Below, one piece after another: positions 11,613 through 22,032 of a stretch of DNA of 64,000 nucleotides. The stretch is from an uncultured Gammaproteobacteria bacterium. Its GTDB lineage: Bacteria; Pseudomonadota; Gammaproteobacteria; CAWCPV01. The position numbers were made by a program, and so were the translations under genes. Position 1 is the stretch's first letter. Each line of letters starts with the position of its first letter. The notes below the pieces were generated by a model. That model searched no databases and had not been told where the DNA came from. It saw only the letters and a list, made by a program, of their open reading frames with translations. Location of the stretch: positions 384,001 to 448,000 of the forward strand of contig CAWCPV010000007.1 in NCBI GenBank assembly GCA_963797555.1, given 5' to 3'.

Positions 11613-12989
11613 CTAGCCTGACCGAGGCCGCTCCGTGAGGGACAGGCCGTCGATCTCGGCGGCCATCTGCCAGAAGCTCGGATCGCCCAGCCCGCGCATG
11701 CCGTATGAGTGCGGCCACTCGCTAGCGCTGGAGTGCACGAACGATCGGCCGACGAGTCTTCGAATATGCTCTGCCGCTTGGACCCCGAGCCACGCGTCCA
11801 GATGCCCGGCCGGGGGCACAGGGCGGTGCGGCGCCGGGCTTCGCCGAGGCAGGTCGGCAATCTCGACGAGGCATTTGTGCCAGCAATCGACCGAGTGTTG
11901 CCGGGAGTAGCGCCGCTCGATCAGCTCGCGGCCCTCGGCTGCGAGCCTGTGCCGGACGCGCGGCTCCAACACCTCCAACAGACATTCTCCAGCCCCGGCG
12001 ATGTCGCCCACGCGATACATCAAACAGTTCACCCCGTCTTCGAGGCTGCCTTCGAGACCACACCCGACGTAACGGCTGGTGACCACGGGAACACCATGCG
12101 CCATGGCCTCCCAGATGACGATGGGCCCGGTCTCCCAAAGCGACGTCACGAGCAGGACGTCCGCCTGCCGGTAGACCTTATCCGCCAGCTCCGAAAATGA
12201 GCAGTTTCCAAGAAATCTGACTCTCTCGAGCGCACCGCTGCTCGCCCATCGGGCGCGAAGTCGCGCCTCCTCGGGCCCCGATCCAGCGATGAGCAGCTCG
12301 TAGCGGACAGCACGAGCGTCGAGCCACGCGGTGATTTCAACGAGGTCGTGGACCCGCTTCTGAGACTGCTCCAAGCGCCCGGCGTACGCGATTCGCAGGA
12401 ACGACCGATCCTCCTTGATCTCTGGCTCGCCGGACGGCACATCGACCCCGTACGGAGCGTAGAAGATCCGTCTCGGGCTCACTCTTGCGTCCGTCTCCGT
12501 GAGCCGACAAGCAAGCCGATTTGTTCCCACGACGGCGTCGAGGCTCCCGGAAGCCGCTCTGGCATCCTCGTAAAGGTCAGGCTGGATACCGTGCAGGCTC
12601 ATCGCCACGGATGGACCCCCGTCGCTGTGGGTGCGCATCCGCGCAACGGCCGGGTAAACGTCCGGAATGTTCACGCTGACCACGAGGTCCGGCCGCTGCT
12701 CCGTGAGAACCCGCAGCAAGTTCCGGATGCGTCCCTCACGCGAGCCTGTGGGATTTCGTACGCTCACGGTCCTATCCAGGCGATGCTCGGCCAGATAGGT
12801 TTCCACGTCATGGTAGCGCCCTGCCACGAGCGCAACGACTACGTCCCACCCTTTCTCCTGCAGCGCAGGAGCCAAATAGTCCAGCCAGGTGGCGAGCCCG
12901 CCCAACCGATAGGCGGAAGGAGCGACGAACAGCAGTTTACGTTTCAAGGAACTCGCATGCAGTGCCGTGGCTGATGCGCCGTGCGTCAC
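11613..12989 (-). CDS. Glycosyltransferase family 4
   Basis: YAGRLEQSQKR, WETGPIVIWEAMAHG. Confidence 0.85.
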   Translation of the reverse strand: MTHGASATALHASSLKRKLLFVAPSAYRLGGLATWLDYLAPALQEKGWDVVVALVAGRYHDVETYLAEHRLDRTVSVRNPTGSREGRIRNLLRVLTEQRPDLVVSVNIPDVYPAVARMRTHSDGGPSVAMSLHGIQPDLYEDARAASGSLDAVVGTNRLACRLTETDARVSPRRIFYAPYGVDVPSGEPEIKEDRSFLRIAYAGRLEQSQKRVHDLVEITAWLDARAVRYELLIAGSGPEEARLRARWASSGALERVRFLGNCSFSELADKVYRQADVLLVTSLWETGPIVIWEAMAHGVPVVTSRYVGCGLEGSLEDGVNCLMYRVGDIAGAGECLLEVLEPRVRHRLAAEGRELIERRYSRQHSVDCWHKCLVEIADLPRRSPAPHRPVPPAGHLDAWLGVQAAEHIRRLVGRSFVHSSASEWPHSYGMRGLGDPSFWQMAAEIDGLSLTERPRSG

Positions 12990-13088
12990 GGCGCATCGTG
13001 CGGCAGCCGTTCAGAGGTGCTCGCTCCCTCCCTGCGGGACGCCCCATGGTGGAGTCGAGCGCGTTTCTGGCGATCGGCCAGTCGCGCA

Positions 13089-14495
13089 TCAGCCCCGCTT
13101 GCGGGAGTCATCGGCCAGTGCGGTCCCGAGAACCTGCGGCGCTTTCGGCTCCGGGCGCGGAGGGTGAGGCTCCATCGACTGCCGCGGCCTGTCCAACCGC
13201 TCGATGGCCTCCCGGAAGCGTTGTGCGGCCTCAGCGGGGACGCGCGGGTAAGAAGGCCACTCCTCGCTGGGATACGAATGCGGCCGCGAACGCCCAGTCA
13301 CCTTGCGGACAAGGGCCGCGACCCGCGGAGGAAGACCCAGGCTCTCCAGCCTGCTGCCCGCCGTATCCCCACACTCGACCAGGGGTCCGCCGAGCGCGCG
13401 AGGCCGCGCGCCGAGATCGCGCACCAGATCGGCCCACTCGGCCGTAGTCCGCTCGGCGCTCAGAAAGGTGCTGGCCGTGCTTTCGCCCGCCTCAGCTAGG
13501 CGGCGACGAAGCTCTTCGTCCTCGGCCAGAGCGACCAGGCACTCGACTGCACGCTGCACGTCTCCCACCGGGTACACCATGGCGTTCTGCCTGTCGCGCA
13601 AGACTCCTTCGCAAGCGAGGCCGCGATACTGGCTGGTGACCACGACAACACCGTGCGTCATGGCCTCCCACGCCACCATCGGCCCTGTCTCCCAATCGGA
13701 CGTGACAAGGAGACAGTCCAGGTACGGATAGAAGCTGCGATACAGATAGTCCCGCGATACCGGCCCCACGAACTCGACGACGCCGCTGCTCGAGAGGTCA
13801 CCAAGGCATGCCTTCAACTCTGCCTCGGCCGACCCCGCGCCTGCGATAATCAACCGGTATCTGGTGCCCCGCTTCTGCAGCTCCCGGCATATCGCGGCGA
13901 CGTTGAGCGCTCGTTTCTGCACCTGCTGTAGGCGACCGCAATAGCCAATCCGCAACACTCCGCCGCTGGACGGCGCACGCTCCCGGACCACGGGCGGCAC
14001 ACCGCATCTGATCACGGCCAGCCGTTCGTCCCGCAGCCCGGCGACGTGGCGGATCAGTTCGGCGAGGAGGTGGTTTGCGCACACGACGCAGTCGATGAAG
14101 CTCCCGTACCGTCGGATAGTCTCGATTACGCCGGGATGCTCTTCGTGCACCGGGTACACGATTCGGAAAGTCTGCCCGTGCCTCCGGGCCTCTACGGCTG
14201 CTGTCAAGGCGTCGTCAAGCAGGACCGGCACGACGACGTTGGGCTGCAGGCGCGCCAGGATCCCCCGTACGCCGGCGCGGCGCCCGCGCGCGGTGCCCGC
14301 GCGCCCATCGATCCTCACCGCGGACAGCCCTGCATGGGCCGCAACGAAATCCTCGGGACGATGGAACCTCTCGCCCCAACTGAGGGCGACGTTCACGTCG
14401 AGGCCCGAAGCGGAGAGGCCGTGGGAGACGTCGACGAGCCACTGCTCCACTCCCCCGAGGGTCGGATAGGCCCTGGCGCAGAACAGTACCTTCAT
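13089..14495 (-). CDS. Glycosyltransferase family 4 (paralogue of 11613-12989)
   Basis: YCGRLQQVQKR, WETGPMVAWEAMTHG; shares the SEWP tail. Confidence 0.85.
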   Translation of the reverse strand: MKVLFCARAYPTLGGVEQWLVDVSHGLSASGLDVNVALSWGERFHRPEDFVAAHAGLSAVRIDGRAGTARGRRAGVRGILARLQPNVVVPVLLDDALTAAVEARRHGQTFRIVYPVHEEHPGVIETIRRYGSFIDCVVCANHLLAELIRHVAGLRDERLAVIRCGVPPVVRERAPSSGGVLRIGYCGRLQQVQKRALNVAAICRELQKRGTRYRLIIAGAGSAEAELKACLGDLSSSGVVEFVGPVSRDYLYRSFYPYLDCLLVTSDWETGPMVAWEAMTHGVVVVTSQYRGLACEGVLRDRQNAMVYPVGDVQRAVECLVALAEDEELRRRLAEAGESTASTFLSAERTTAEWADLVRDLGARPRALGGPLVECGDTAGSRLESLGLPPRVAALVRKVTGRSRPHSYPSEEWPSYPRVPAEAAQRFREAIERLDRPRQSMEPHPPRPEPKAPQVLGTALADDSRKRG

Positions 14496-14540
14496 CGCGC
14501 GGAGTCCAGGTATCGAGGCGTTCCCTCGATTTGCGCTGAG

Positions 14541-14669
14541 ACGCTGTGAAAAAATATATCCCCTCGCCCCCTTATGGGGGAGAGGGTTAGGGTGAGGGGC
14601 TTTGAATTCAGCGAGTTACCACTCTCACCCTAGCCCGCTCCCTGAGGGAGAGGGGATTTTTCACAACCT
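14541..14669. mobile_element. MITE-like element with IS1182-type ends carrying a CCCCTC..GAGGG REP-like doublet
   Basis: ACGCTGTGAAAAAA...TTTTTCACAACCT flanked by CTGAG direct repeats; near-identical inverted copy at 20711-20840. Confidence 0.75.
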
Positions 14670-14706
14670 CTGAGCTGCGCCGCTTTCTTCCGAATAGCCG
14701 GTCGTC

Positions 14707-15702
14707 TCATCCGCGCATTCCCTCAGCTATCCACGATCCCATCATGCTCGCGCGCGCGTCCCAGCTATGCTCCTTCAGTGCGCGGTTCCTCGCTTCAGCC
14801 CAAACCCGGGGATTCTTAAGCTGCTCCAGCAGCTCTTCCTGAAACGCCTTCTCGCCAGTGAATTCAACGAACGGGTAGTCCCCGAGCACTTTTTCGAACT
14901 CTCCGGAGTTCGGTTTGAACCCGCATACGACGGCGCCGGACTGGTAAGCCTCGAAGTACCTGGCCGTAAGCATGGACACCTTCCCCGTCACCTCCGGTGA
15001 GTCGATATTGCGTGGGTGAACCACCACTATGCTGCTGCCCAGAAGCTCCCGGACGAAGTCGGCGCGATACTTGAATATGGTGCCCAGCGGCGTTCTCTGG
15101 GATACGTATCGGAACCCGTGTCTTTCCGCGAAGCGGATAAAGAAGTCGTCGAGCGCTCTATTCGGTCGTCCGATATTGACGATAGAACGGGCGCGTTTCG
15201 CGGGTGGCGCAGGGATCTCGAATTCACGTGCATCGGCGGCTTGGGGGCACCAAAATACCGGGAATGGCATTATCTCGCGAAAGTGTTCGGCTGCTTGCGA
15301 GGAGGAAAACATGACCCCCCCGATATTGCGCCATTCTTTCATGTACTTCCCAATCTGGGCCCACTGGGGCTCCCAGGTATCGAATAGATATACCCACTTT
15401 CGGCGCCGCGGATTCGCCAAGACGTCGCCGACGGCAAAGTCGCACCACATGAGAAATAGCATTACGTCGCGCCGGCAGTCGAACAGCAGAAGGTCTCGCC
15501 CGAAGTTCGGCCACGAACGACGCAGCATGCGTGCAATGCGGTTTCTCCGAAAATAGTAGCTGCGTTTCGGCAAGTCGGGGACCATCAGCCGGGCATCGAT
15601 TGCGCGGGCCAGCGCCTCCTCCGCGGACCACGCAACCCGCATGTAGAAGCCGGTCTCGCGAAATGCCCGGAGCGAGACGACATCCACCTTGCCCGGTGCC
15701 AT
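14707..15702 (-). CDS. Glycosyltransferase (CgeB/Glyco_trans_1_2-like)
   Basis: WCPQAAD, TARYFEAYQSGA, KEHSWDARA; probable start ATG 15702. Confidence 0.7.
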   Translation of the reverse strand: MAPGKVDVVSLRAFRETGFYMRVAWSAEEALARAIDARLMVPDLPKRSYYFRRNRIARMLRRSWPNFGRDLLLFDCRRDVMLFLMWCDFAVGDVLANPRRRKWVYLFDTWEPQWAQIGKYMKEWRNIGGVMFSSSQAAEHFREIMPFPVFWCPQAADAREFEIPAPPAKRARSIVNIGRPNRALDDFFIRFAERHGFRYVSQRTPLGTIFKYRADFVRELLGSSIVVVHPRNIDSPEVTGKVSMLTARYFEAYQSGAVVCGFKPNSGEFEKVLGDYPFVEFTGEKAFQEELLEQLKNPRVWAEARNRALKEHSWDARASMMGSWIAEGMRG

Positions 15703-16317
15703 GACGCGTAACTTGGGGCTACTCCTGTAACCTGCTGATGCCAGGTCGGAGGCAGGGTCTGGGGATGCGTTGGCGGCGGAGGAAATCAAGAACATCGGCG
15801 TGGCGGGAGGGGCTGAGGGAGTGGGCGGTCCGGCTTGCTGAACGTCTCTGGGAGCAGCCGCTGGCGCGCGGTTTCGGGGCTCGCCGGGTGCCGGCGGACC
15901 CGCGCCTGGCCTATCGAGACCGCCTTCCCGAAGGCTGGCGCTCCACTTGAGCCGGGAAATCAACACACCTGAGCTACCTCGCGCCGCGCTGTTTGCTTGC
16001 GGCGCTCTCATGACGAACCAAAACGGGGCTTCCACGCCGCCGGGCAACACTGGGTCGAACGGCTCTGCATGATAGGCTCCATGGAACCATTCGACCAGCA
16101 AGGGATCTTGGCCTGCCCCACTCGGCGTCACGCACCAGGCCACGAACCAGATCGAGGTCAAGTGGGGACCATGTAATAAAGGCCGCTCAGCATGCGCTCG
16201 ACCCAATGATTCCCGGTACGAGGCGGAGCGAAAAAGAAAAATACCTTACGTTTCATCGGCGGGCTACGCGAGGTGGCCAAGAGCAGGGTGCCACAACACA
16301 CAACTCCTGGTCTCAAT

Positions 16318-16414
16318 CGTCATTCCGGCTGGGAAGCCGGAATCCAGAGGCCACGGACGGCATGCCTCGGCATCCCTGCCCCTGGATTCCGTACAGTCCC
16401 TGTACGGAATGACG
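16318..16414. repeat. REP-like doublet (GTCATTCCG..CGGAATCCAG / CTGGATTCCG..CGGAATGAC)
   Basis: Two inverted hairpins inside 10-bp terminal inverted repeats CGTCATTCCG/CGGAATGACG. Confidence 0.7.
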
Positions 16415-16613
16415 AGAAAGTACGCTGGCCACGCTGCCTGAGGCACGGTCGGGTTTCCAAAGACTCTGTCACGTCATCTTTAGTGTCGCGACGCGCGCGT
16501 GACGCGCAGCCCACGGCCGCATGGCGCAACCGCCTTATCTGGGCGCTCGGCGGACCCATGCTTCCCCGCAGCGGCCTGCCCTTCCAAGGTGACCCGTCGG
16601 CGCGGAATCTCAA

Positions 16614-17363
16614 TCACCGAGGGTATTGGAGCAGCCTCATGGCCAGGCCTTGATGCTGCCAGAAGGTGTTCTCCATGTCCGGTGGCATCTCGTTACGCCA
16701 CCCGCCGACACGACCCTTTCGAAAAAAGTCAGGCCATTTAGCATGCAGGTCATCGAAGGTGGGAACGGCGTTTTCGCCGCCCACCTGCTGAATGTCGCAG
16801 CCGATCCGGTGGAGCGCCATAGCAGCTGTATTAACGGGATTGCGAACCAGGTCCTCGTACCGGACCAGAGCGACACTCCCCTCTGCCACGCGCTCCATCC
16901 ATGTCTGAACGTGCTGGGACCAAGCCCCGAATTCCGAGCCTTCGCCTCGACACAACTTGACGAGAACCCCCCGATAATCTCTGTGCGGGTCGAGCCAGTT
17001 CAGGAGCCGTTCTGCCGCATGGTGCTTGTGTCTCGATGCCGGCTTTTCGATGTCACAGAGGTATCTCGCATAGGACACCAAGGCGTCGCGTCCGTCCCGG
17101 ACGATGTAGACGGCACGAGCATCGGCACGCGGAAGCCGGTGGGTCTTCACAAAATGCAGATCGCCGTCCGCGGCGAGCTCGTCGATCGAGCTTTCCCTGC
17201 GTCGGTGCCCGACAATATTGGCGGCGCCCACCTTATCGAAGTAGGGGTTGTCTCCCTCGGCGTACGTAGCGGTCTTGAAAGCCGCCTGCATGACCACTCG
17301 GAAAAACGTGTTACCCGATCTAGGATACGAAGCAATCCAGACAATCATGTCGGTCGTCGCCAA
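16614..17363 (-). CDS. Sulfotransferase domain protein (Sulfotransfer_1-like)
   Basis: IASYPRSGNT, YIVRDGRDALVS, RYEDL, FFRKGRVGGW. Confidence 0.88.
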   Translation of the reverse strand: MATTDMIVWIASYPRSGNTFFRVVMQAAFKTATYAEGDNPYFDKVGAANIVGHRRRESSIDELAADGDLHFVKTHRLPRADARAVYIVRDGRDALVSYARYLCDIEKPASRHKHHAAERLLNWLDPHRDYRGVLVKLCRGEGSEFGAWSQHVQTWMERVAEGSVALVRYEDLVRNPVNTAAMALHRIGCDIQQVGGENAVPTFDDLHAKWPDFFRKGRVGGWRNEMPPDMENTFWQHQGLAMRLLQYPR

Positions 17364-17469
17364 AATGATAGCTGCAGGTGCATGCCATGTTAATGCCGCT
17401 CCACCTGAACGGCGAAGACACTTGTCAAGCGAGTTCGTAGAATATTTCCCCTGAGACGATCAATGCGAT

Positions 17470-17635
17470 TTTAGGTTTGGCTCGAATCGCCCTGCGAGCC
17501 AACCGCCACGGCTGTCAGAATGGGAAAAAGTCCGATATTCGCGCCGACGGTCAACAAACACGTCAGTGGGCCGCAGGCAGCGGCGCACAAATAGCCTCGC
17601 TCTTGTCTCGAAAGCGTGAAGATAGATTAACCCAG
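17470..17635 (-). pseudogene. FkbM-family methyltransferase remnant
   Basis: Fragments LRPTDVFVD / VGANIGLF / FEPN in shifting frames. Confidence 0.55.
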
Positions 17636-17704
17636 CCAGCTTGCTATCTCCTTATATGCGGTCCCTTAATCACTTCGCAATCCAGGTATTTTCGGCGAGG
17701 TTTT

Positions 17705-18592
17705 TCAGTGCTGCTCTCGTGTTCTTGTTTTCCGAGCCGAATAAAGTCGTTCCGCAAGGGTGCCGTTGCGTACGTGCCGCATGAAACGTTGTGCACGCGC
17801 GACGAAGCGATGGATGGTATGTTTCATGGGTGCGTCGGGCAAGCGTAGGAGGGCCAGTTTGCGGCGCAAGGCTGATTGGCTGATAGGATAGCCATGTTGT
17901 ACGATCCAGCCGTATGCTTGCGCCTCTAAGAGCGCCACTTGCGCGTTGCTTAGCGCGTCTTTCCATTGACCTGTAGCGCCGGAATGAATGTGGTTCTTGT
18001 GGAGTAGCGACACAGGATCGTAGACGTCGCTGTTAGCCCCGGCGCCGTGGCGTTGAAAATCGAAGGCTGCGATTGTTGTTAGCTGATTCTGGAGGCTGCG
18101 GGCGTTGGCAATTTGGTCGCTCCGTTGGACGTCAATGCGCAAGTCCAGGAACTTGGCGATGCGGCGAACCTCCCCAGATAGGTCGGATACCATCGTCTCG
18201 TAACGAGATACGAGTCGGGGTTGGAGTGCGGTCCACGCATAGTAATTTTGCAACAAAGAAGCGATGGGGCTTTGGGTGAGTACCGTTTCAAGCGGGAGTG
18301 CGTACTTTCGCATCAGTGAGACCACCACGTCTCGAATGTCTCTGTATACATATATCGCCATCGCGCATCGTCCGTCAAAAAGCTTCGCTGCGAGGTCGGT
18401 GAAAGTGTGTGTTTTGATGACGAGGTAACCGTCGAAGTCCTGATAGCGCCGAATCAGCGCCGGTAAGGCAGGTGGGGATATCCAGCCCAGGGCCTGCCCG
18501 GCCCCGCAACTCTCAACGAGATCGCAGGTGATTTGATACTGGAGCGTCGAGCCGGACCGTGGCATCCCACAGGCAAAAATCCATCTGGCCAT
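17705..18592 (-). CDS. Sulfotransferase domain protein
   Basis: CGMPRSGST, YRDIRDVVVS, RYETM, GATGQWK. Confidence 0.85.
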   Translation of the reverse strand: MARWIFACGMPRSGSTLQYQITCDLVESCGAGQALGWISPPALPALIRRYQDFDGYLVIKTHTFTDLAAKLFDGRCAMAIYVYRDIRDVVVSLMRKYALPLETVLTQSPIASLLQNYYAWTALQPRLVSRYETMVSDLSGEVRRIAKFLDLRIDVQRSDQIANARSLQNQLTTIAAFDFQRHGAGANSDVYDPVSLLHKNHIHSGATGQWKDALSNAQVALLEAQAYGWIVQHGYPISQSALRRKLALLRLPDAPMKHTIHRFVARAQRFMRHVRNGTLAERLYSARKTRTREQH

Positions 18593-18594
18593 AT

Positions 18595-19876
18595 TCAGAA
18601 ACAGACCTCCTTGGATCGCGGCGTAAATTCAACCGCGGAGAACGAAGCCTTGAGAGGTACCACTCCGAACCGTTGGCCGTCGAAAAATACCCCGCTGCCG
18701 TAGACATCCCTCGCGGGAATGGCGACGACGGCTGCCTCGTCGACCCTGGCCAGGACCTCGACGTTCGGGATGGCCAGCCAGACGCCGACAATGTAGTCTC
18801 CCCCGGCCACGTAAAACGTCACGTCCTCCACGCGGAACTCGCACCACTGTTCGCCGGGCCGGACGTTCAGTGTGTAGTGAGTCGCCTTTGGCGCCACTCG
18901 GGTAACGAGGACGCCCGACCCTGAGGTAATCTTGAAACCCACCCCAACGTCGCGTCGGGAACTGTCCGACCGTATGCCGACGCGGATCACCAGACCCACG
19001 CGCCGGCCCGCGCCTCCCTCCAGCTCTGCGGTGCAGCCGCTCAGCCCGATGCCGTATGCGTCGTTGAATACGGGGAAACGCTCGGCCAGGGACGTGGCCT
19101 GCTGAGCCTGCGCCAGATACTGCTCCACCACCTCGCCGGCCGTCCCTTGGTTGCGCAGCGTGCCCGACATGAAGAGGAACGCCCGGTGGCACAACGACTG
19201 AATGGCGGCCAAGTTGTGGCTGACGAATAGGACGGTGCGTCCGCCCCCGGCGACCTCGCCCATCTTGCCGAGGCATTTCTTCTGGAAGGCCAGAATCGCC
19301 GACGGCGAGCACCTCGTCGACTACCAGGATGTCCGGGTCGAGATGCGCGGCCACCGCGAAGGCGAGGCGCACGTACATGCCCGAGGAGTATCGCTTGACG
19401 GGGGTGTCCAGGAATCTCTCGACTTCGGCGAAGGCGACGATGGAGTCGAACTTCTGCTGCACCTCGCGTCGGGCCATGCCCAGGATGGCGCCGTTGAGGA
19501 AGATATTCTCCCGCCCGGTCAGCTCCGGGTGAAATCCCGTCCCGACCTCGAGCAGGCTCGCAACTCGACCGCGCAGCGTGACCCGTCCGCGAGTGGGGGC
19601 CGTGATGCGGCTGAGAACTTTCAGCAAAGTGCTCTTTCCGGCCCCGTTTCGGCCAATGATGCCGACGACTTCTCCATGCTGGACCTCGAAGCTCACGTCG
19701 CGGAGCGCCCACAGGCGTTCCTGCCCGGCGGCTTTTCCCCGCAAGCGTTTGAGCCTCCTGACGGGAGCCGCCACGGCATGGCCCAGCATCTCGCGAAAGC
19801 TTCCGGTCACCGGCTGCGGACCACCGAGCAGGTACTGCTTCCACAACCCCTCTACACGGATGACAGGCGGCGACAT
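18595..19876 (-). CDS. wzt: Polysaccharide ABC transporter ATPase Wzt with C-terminal domain; frameshift near 19290
   Basis: [27 protein letters not shown], then VLFVSHNL in the next frame. Confidence 0.9.
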
Positions 19877-19885
19877 TTCGGCTTC

Positions 19886-20100
19886 TCAGATGATGTCGGC
19901 AAATCGCCGCTCGACTCTCTTGAAGAGGGCCACACCGGCCGCGAAGAAGGCGAACGTCACGGCGAAGGAGATCGTGAGGGCACCGAGATCGAAAGGCTTG
20001 CCCAGGAACGCGGCCCGAAATCCTTCCATGAGGCCGGCCATAGGGTTGAGGTACAGCAGCCATCGCCAGCGCTCGGGGACCAGGCTGACCGGAGCAGGGG
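19886..20100 (-). pseudogene. Diverged duplicate of the wzm 3' end (~70 codons)
   Basis: PVSLVPERWRWLLYLNPMAG...VERRFADII matches the tail of wzm 20842-21735. Confidence 0.85.
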
Positions 20101-20322
20101 TGCGGCGAGCAGGTTCCAGGTCAGGATGAGCACCCGGTCGGGACAGTACCTCGCCGAAGGTGTTTTTCTGCAATGATTGGGATGCGGCTGCGCGGGGGTC
20201 GGGGTTCAGAGTCCGGGGTCCGAGTCAGTCAGGGACAACCCAAGCGCTGCACTGGCCTTATGCGCTCAGCCCAGCACCCCCCAAGACGACCAATCGGGGC
20301 GAGAAGCGACCGTTGCAAAAGC

Positions 20323-20544
20323 TTACTTCTCAGCGAGGCTGTCGAGGAGGCGTGCCCTCAGCCCCACCAGCGTCAACCCGACAACCTCTTTCTGGTTCTC
20401 GTCATAGCGCAGGATGACACCCTCGCCGATGTCCACACCTAGAGCCGGCTTCGGCTCCCCGATTGACAGATACAGTACATCGCCGTCTTCATCGTACTCC
20501 CATGTGATGGTTTCGGATGTCTCCAGAATCTTTAGCGCCTCCAT
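20323..20544 (-). CDS. DUF2283-like putative antitoxin
   Basis: YDEDGDVLYLSIG...GVILRYDE...VVGLTL. Confidence 0.75.
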   Translation of the reverse strand: MEALKILETSETITWEYDEDGDVLYLSIGEPKPALGVDIGEGVILRYDENQKEVVGLTLVGLRARLLDSLAEK

Positions 20545-20595
20545 AACACCTGTCTCCGTTCCGAGGGCTTACTCGCCAGGTAAGCTGTCAGGACG
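20532..20595 (-). pseudogene. C-terminal stub of the partner toxin gene
   Basis: LTAYLASKPSERRQVLWRR* overlaps the DUF2283 start. Confidence 0.45.
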
Positions 20596-20655
20596 CATCG
20601 CCGGCAGCAGCGTTTCGCAAAAGTCTTCGGTTCAGTTGAGGAGAGCCAGCGTCGC

Positions 20656-20700
20656 ATATTCTTTCCAGAGGCCTTCGATACGGATGACAGGCAGCGACAC
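20656..20700 (-). pseudogene. wzt 5' stub (15 codons)
   Basis: VSLPVIRIEGLWKEY versus Wzt start [15 protein letters not shown]. Confidence 0.75.
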
Positions 20701-20710
20701 GGCGGCTCAG

Positions 20711-20840
20711 AGGTTGTGAAAAAATCCCCTCTCCCCCAGGGAGAGGGCTAGGGTGAGGGTGGTAACTCGCTGAATTCAAAGCCCCTCACCCTAACCCTCT
20801 CCCCCATAAGGGGGCGAGGGGATATATTTTTTCACAGCGT
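20711..20840. mobile_element. MITE-like element, second copy, at the wzm stop codon
   Basis: AGGTTGTGAAAAAA...TTTTTCACAGCGT flanked by CTCAG repeats. Confidence 0.75.
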
Positions 20841-20841
20841 C

Positions 20842-21735
20842 TCAGATGATGTCGGCGAAACGCCGCTCGACCTTTTCGAAATAGGCGACCCCCATGGCAA
20901 AGAATGCCGCGGCTACGGCAAACGAGACCTCCAGCGCCCCAAGATCGAAGGGTTTGCCCAAGAATGCGGCCCTGAAGCCCTCGACCAGCCCCGCCATGGG
21001 GTTCAGATACAGCAGCCAGTGCCAGCGTTCCGGGATGAGGCTCGCCGGGTAGATCACCGGCGTGAGGTACATCCAGATCTGCACCAGGAACGGAGTGAGA
21101 TGCATGAAGTCCCGGTAGGCCACGGTGAGGGCCGAGAGCATCGTGCCGAAGCCGAGTGCCGTGAACACGACGGCCACCAAGAGGAGCGGCGCAGCGAGCA
21201 AGTGCCACGTGAGACCGATATGGAACCACAGCATGAGTAACAGCAGGGTGCCGGTGGATATCGCGAGGTCGACCAAGCTTGCCCCGACGGAAGACAACGG
21301 AATGATGAGCCGAGGGAAGTAGACCTTGCTGACGAGCTGGGACGAGCCTACCAGAGACCTTTCCGACTTACCGATTGCGTCCGCGAAGAAGGCCCAGGGC
21401 ACGAGCGCTGCGTAAACGAACACCGGATAGGGGTAGCCATCGGAAGGCACTTTGGCGAAGCGCCCGAAAACGATGCTGAAGATGACCATGGTGGTGAGCG
21501 GCCGCAGCACGGCCCAGGCCGCACCCAAGACGGTCTGCTTGTAGCGCACCGTGATGTCGCGCGCGGTCAGCACCCACAACAGCTCGCGGTAGGCCCACAA
21601 TTCCTTGACATCGAGCATTCGCCAGCCCTTGGGCGGCTCGATGACGGTGAGATGCTCGTGGCCGAAGTAGGCGTCGTGAAGACCCTGTTCGGGCGGGCTC
21701 GTCTCGGCGGCAAGAGGAAGGTCGCGGCTCGTCAT
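20842..21735 (-). CDS. wzm: Polysaccharide ABC transporter permease Wzm
   Basis: ELWAYRELL, RYKQTVLG, KVYFPR, LNPM, FADII. Confidence 0.92.
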   Translation of the reverse strand: MTSRDLPLAAETSPPEQGLHDAYFGHEHLTVIEPPKGWRMLDVKELWAYRELLWVLTARDITVRYKQTVLGAAWAVLRPLTTMVIFSIVFGRFAKVPSDGYPYPVFVYAALVPWAFFADAIGKSERSLVGSSQLVSKVYFPRLIIPLSSVGASLVDLAISTGTLLLLMLWFHIGLTWHLLAAPLLLVAVVFTALGFGTMLSALTVAYRDFMHLTPFLVQIWMYLTPVIYPASLIPERWHWLLYLNPMAGLVEGFRAAFLGKPFDLGALEVSFAVAAAFFAMGVAYFEKVERRFADII

Positions 21736-22032
21736 GAGTGGCTCGTGCCTCGCGAGGCGCTAATCGCGAACGGGGTGCCGTGTACCACCATCTGGGGGCC
21801 ACGCCCGGTGAGCAGTCGGGCACCTCGCGCGGGCGTGCTCTTCCAGTGAATTACCACAACACGCTGATTGGCGCGGTTTCGTGGCTCGTCTTGGATGTGA
21901 GTGTTCTCGGAACTCGTGACTAAATCGCCGGGAGCGGCCCGCCAGCAGGGCCCACCGAGCGCTTCGGCAAGACCACCGGCTCTCTCGGAAAATTTCTCCC
22001 ATGGGTTGGGCCAATGGCCTGGCCGCTTGGGC

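Noticed and set aside
20190-20232. Roughly 7-bp periodic G-rich tract
   Set aside because: Too short and degenerate to call a repeat family from this window alone
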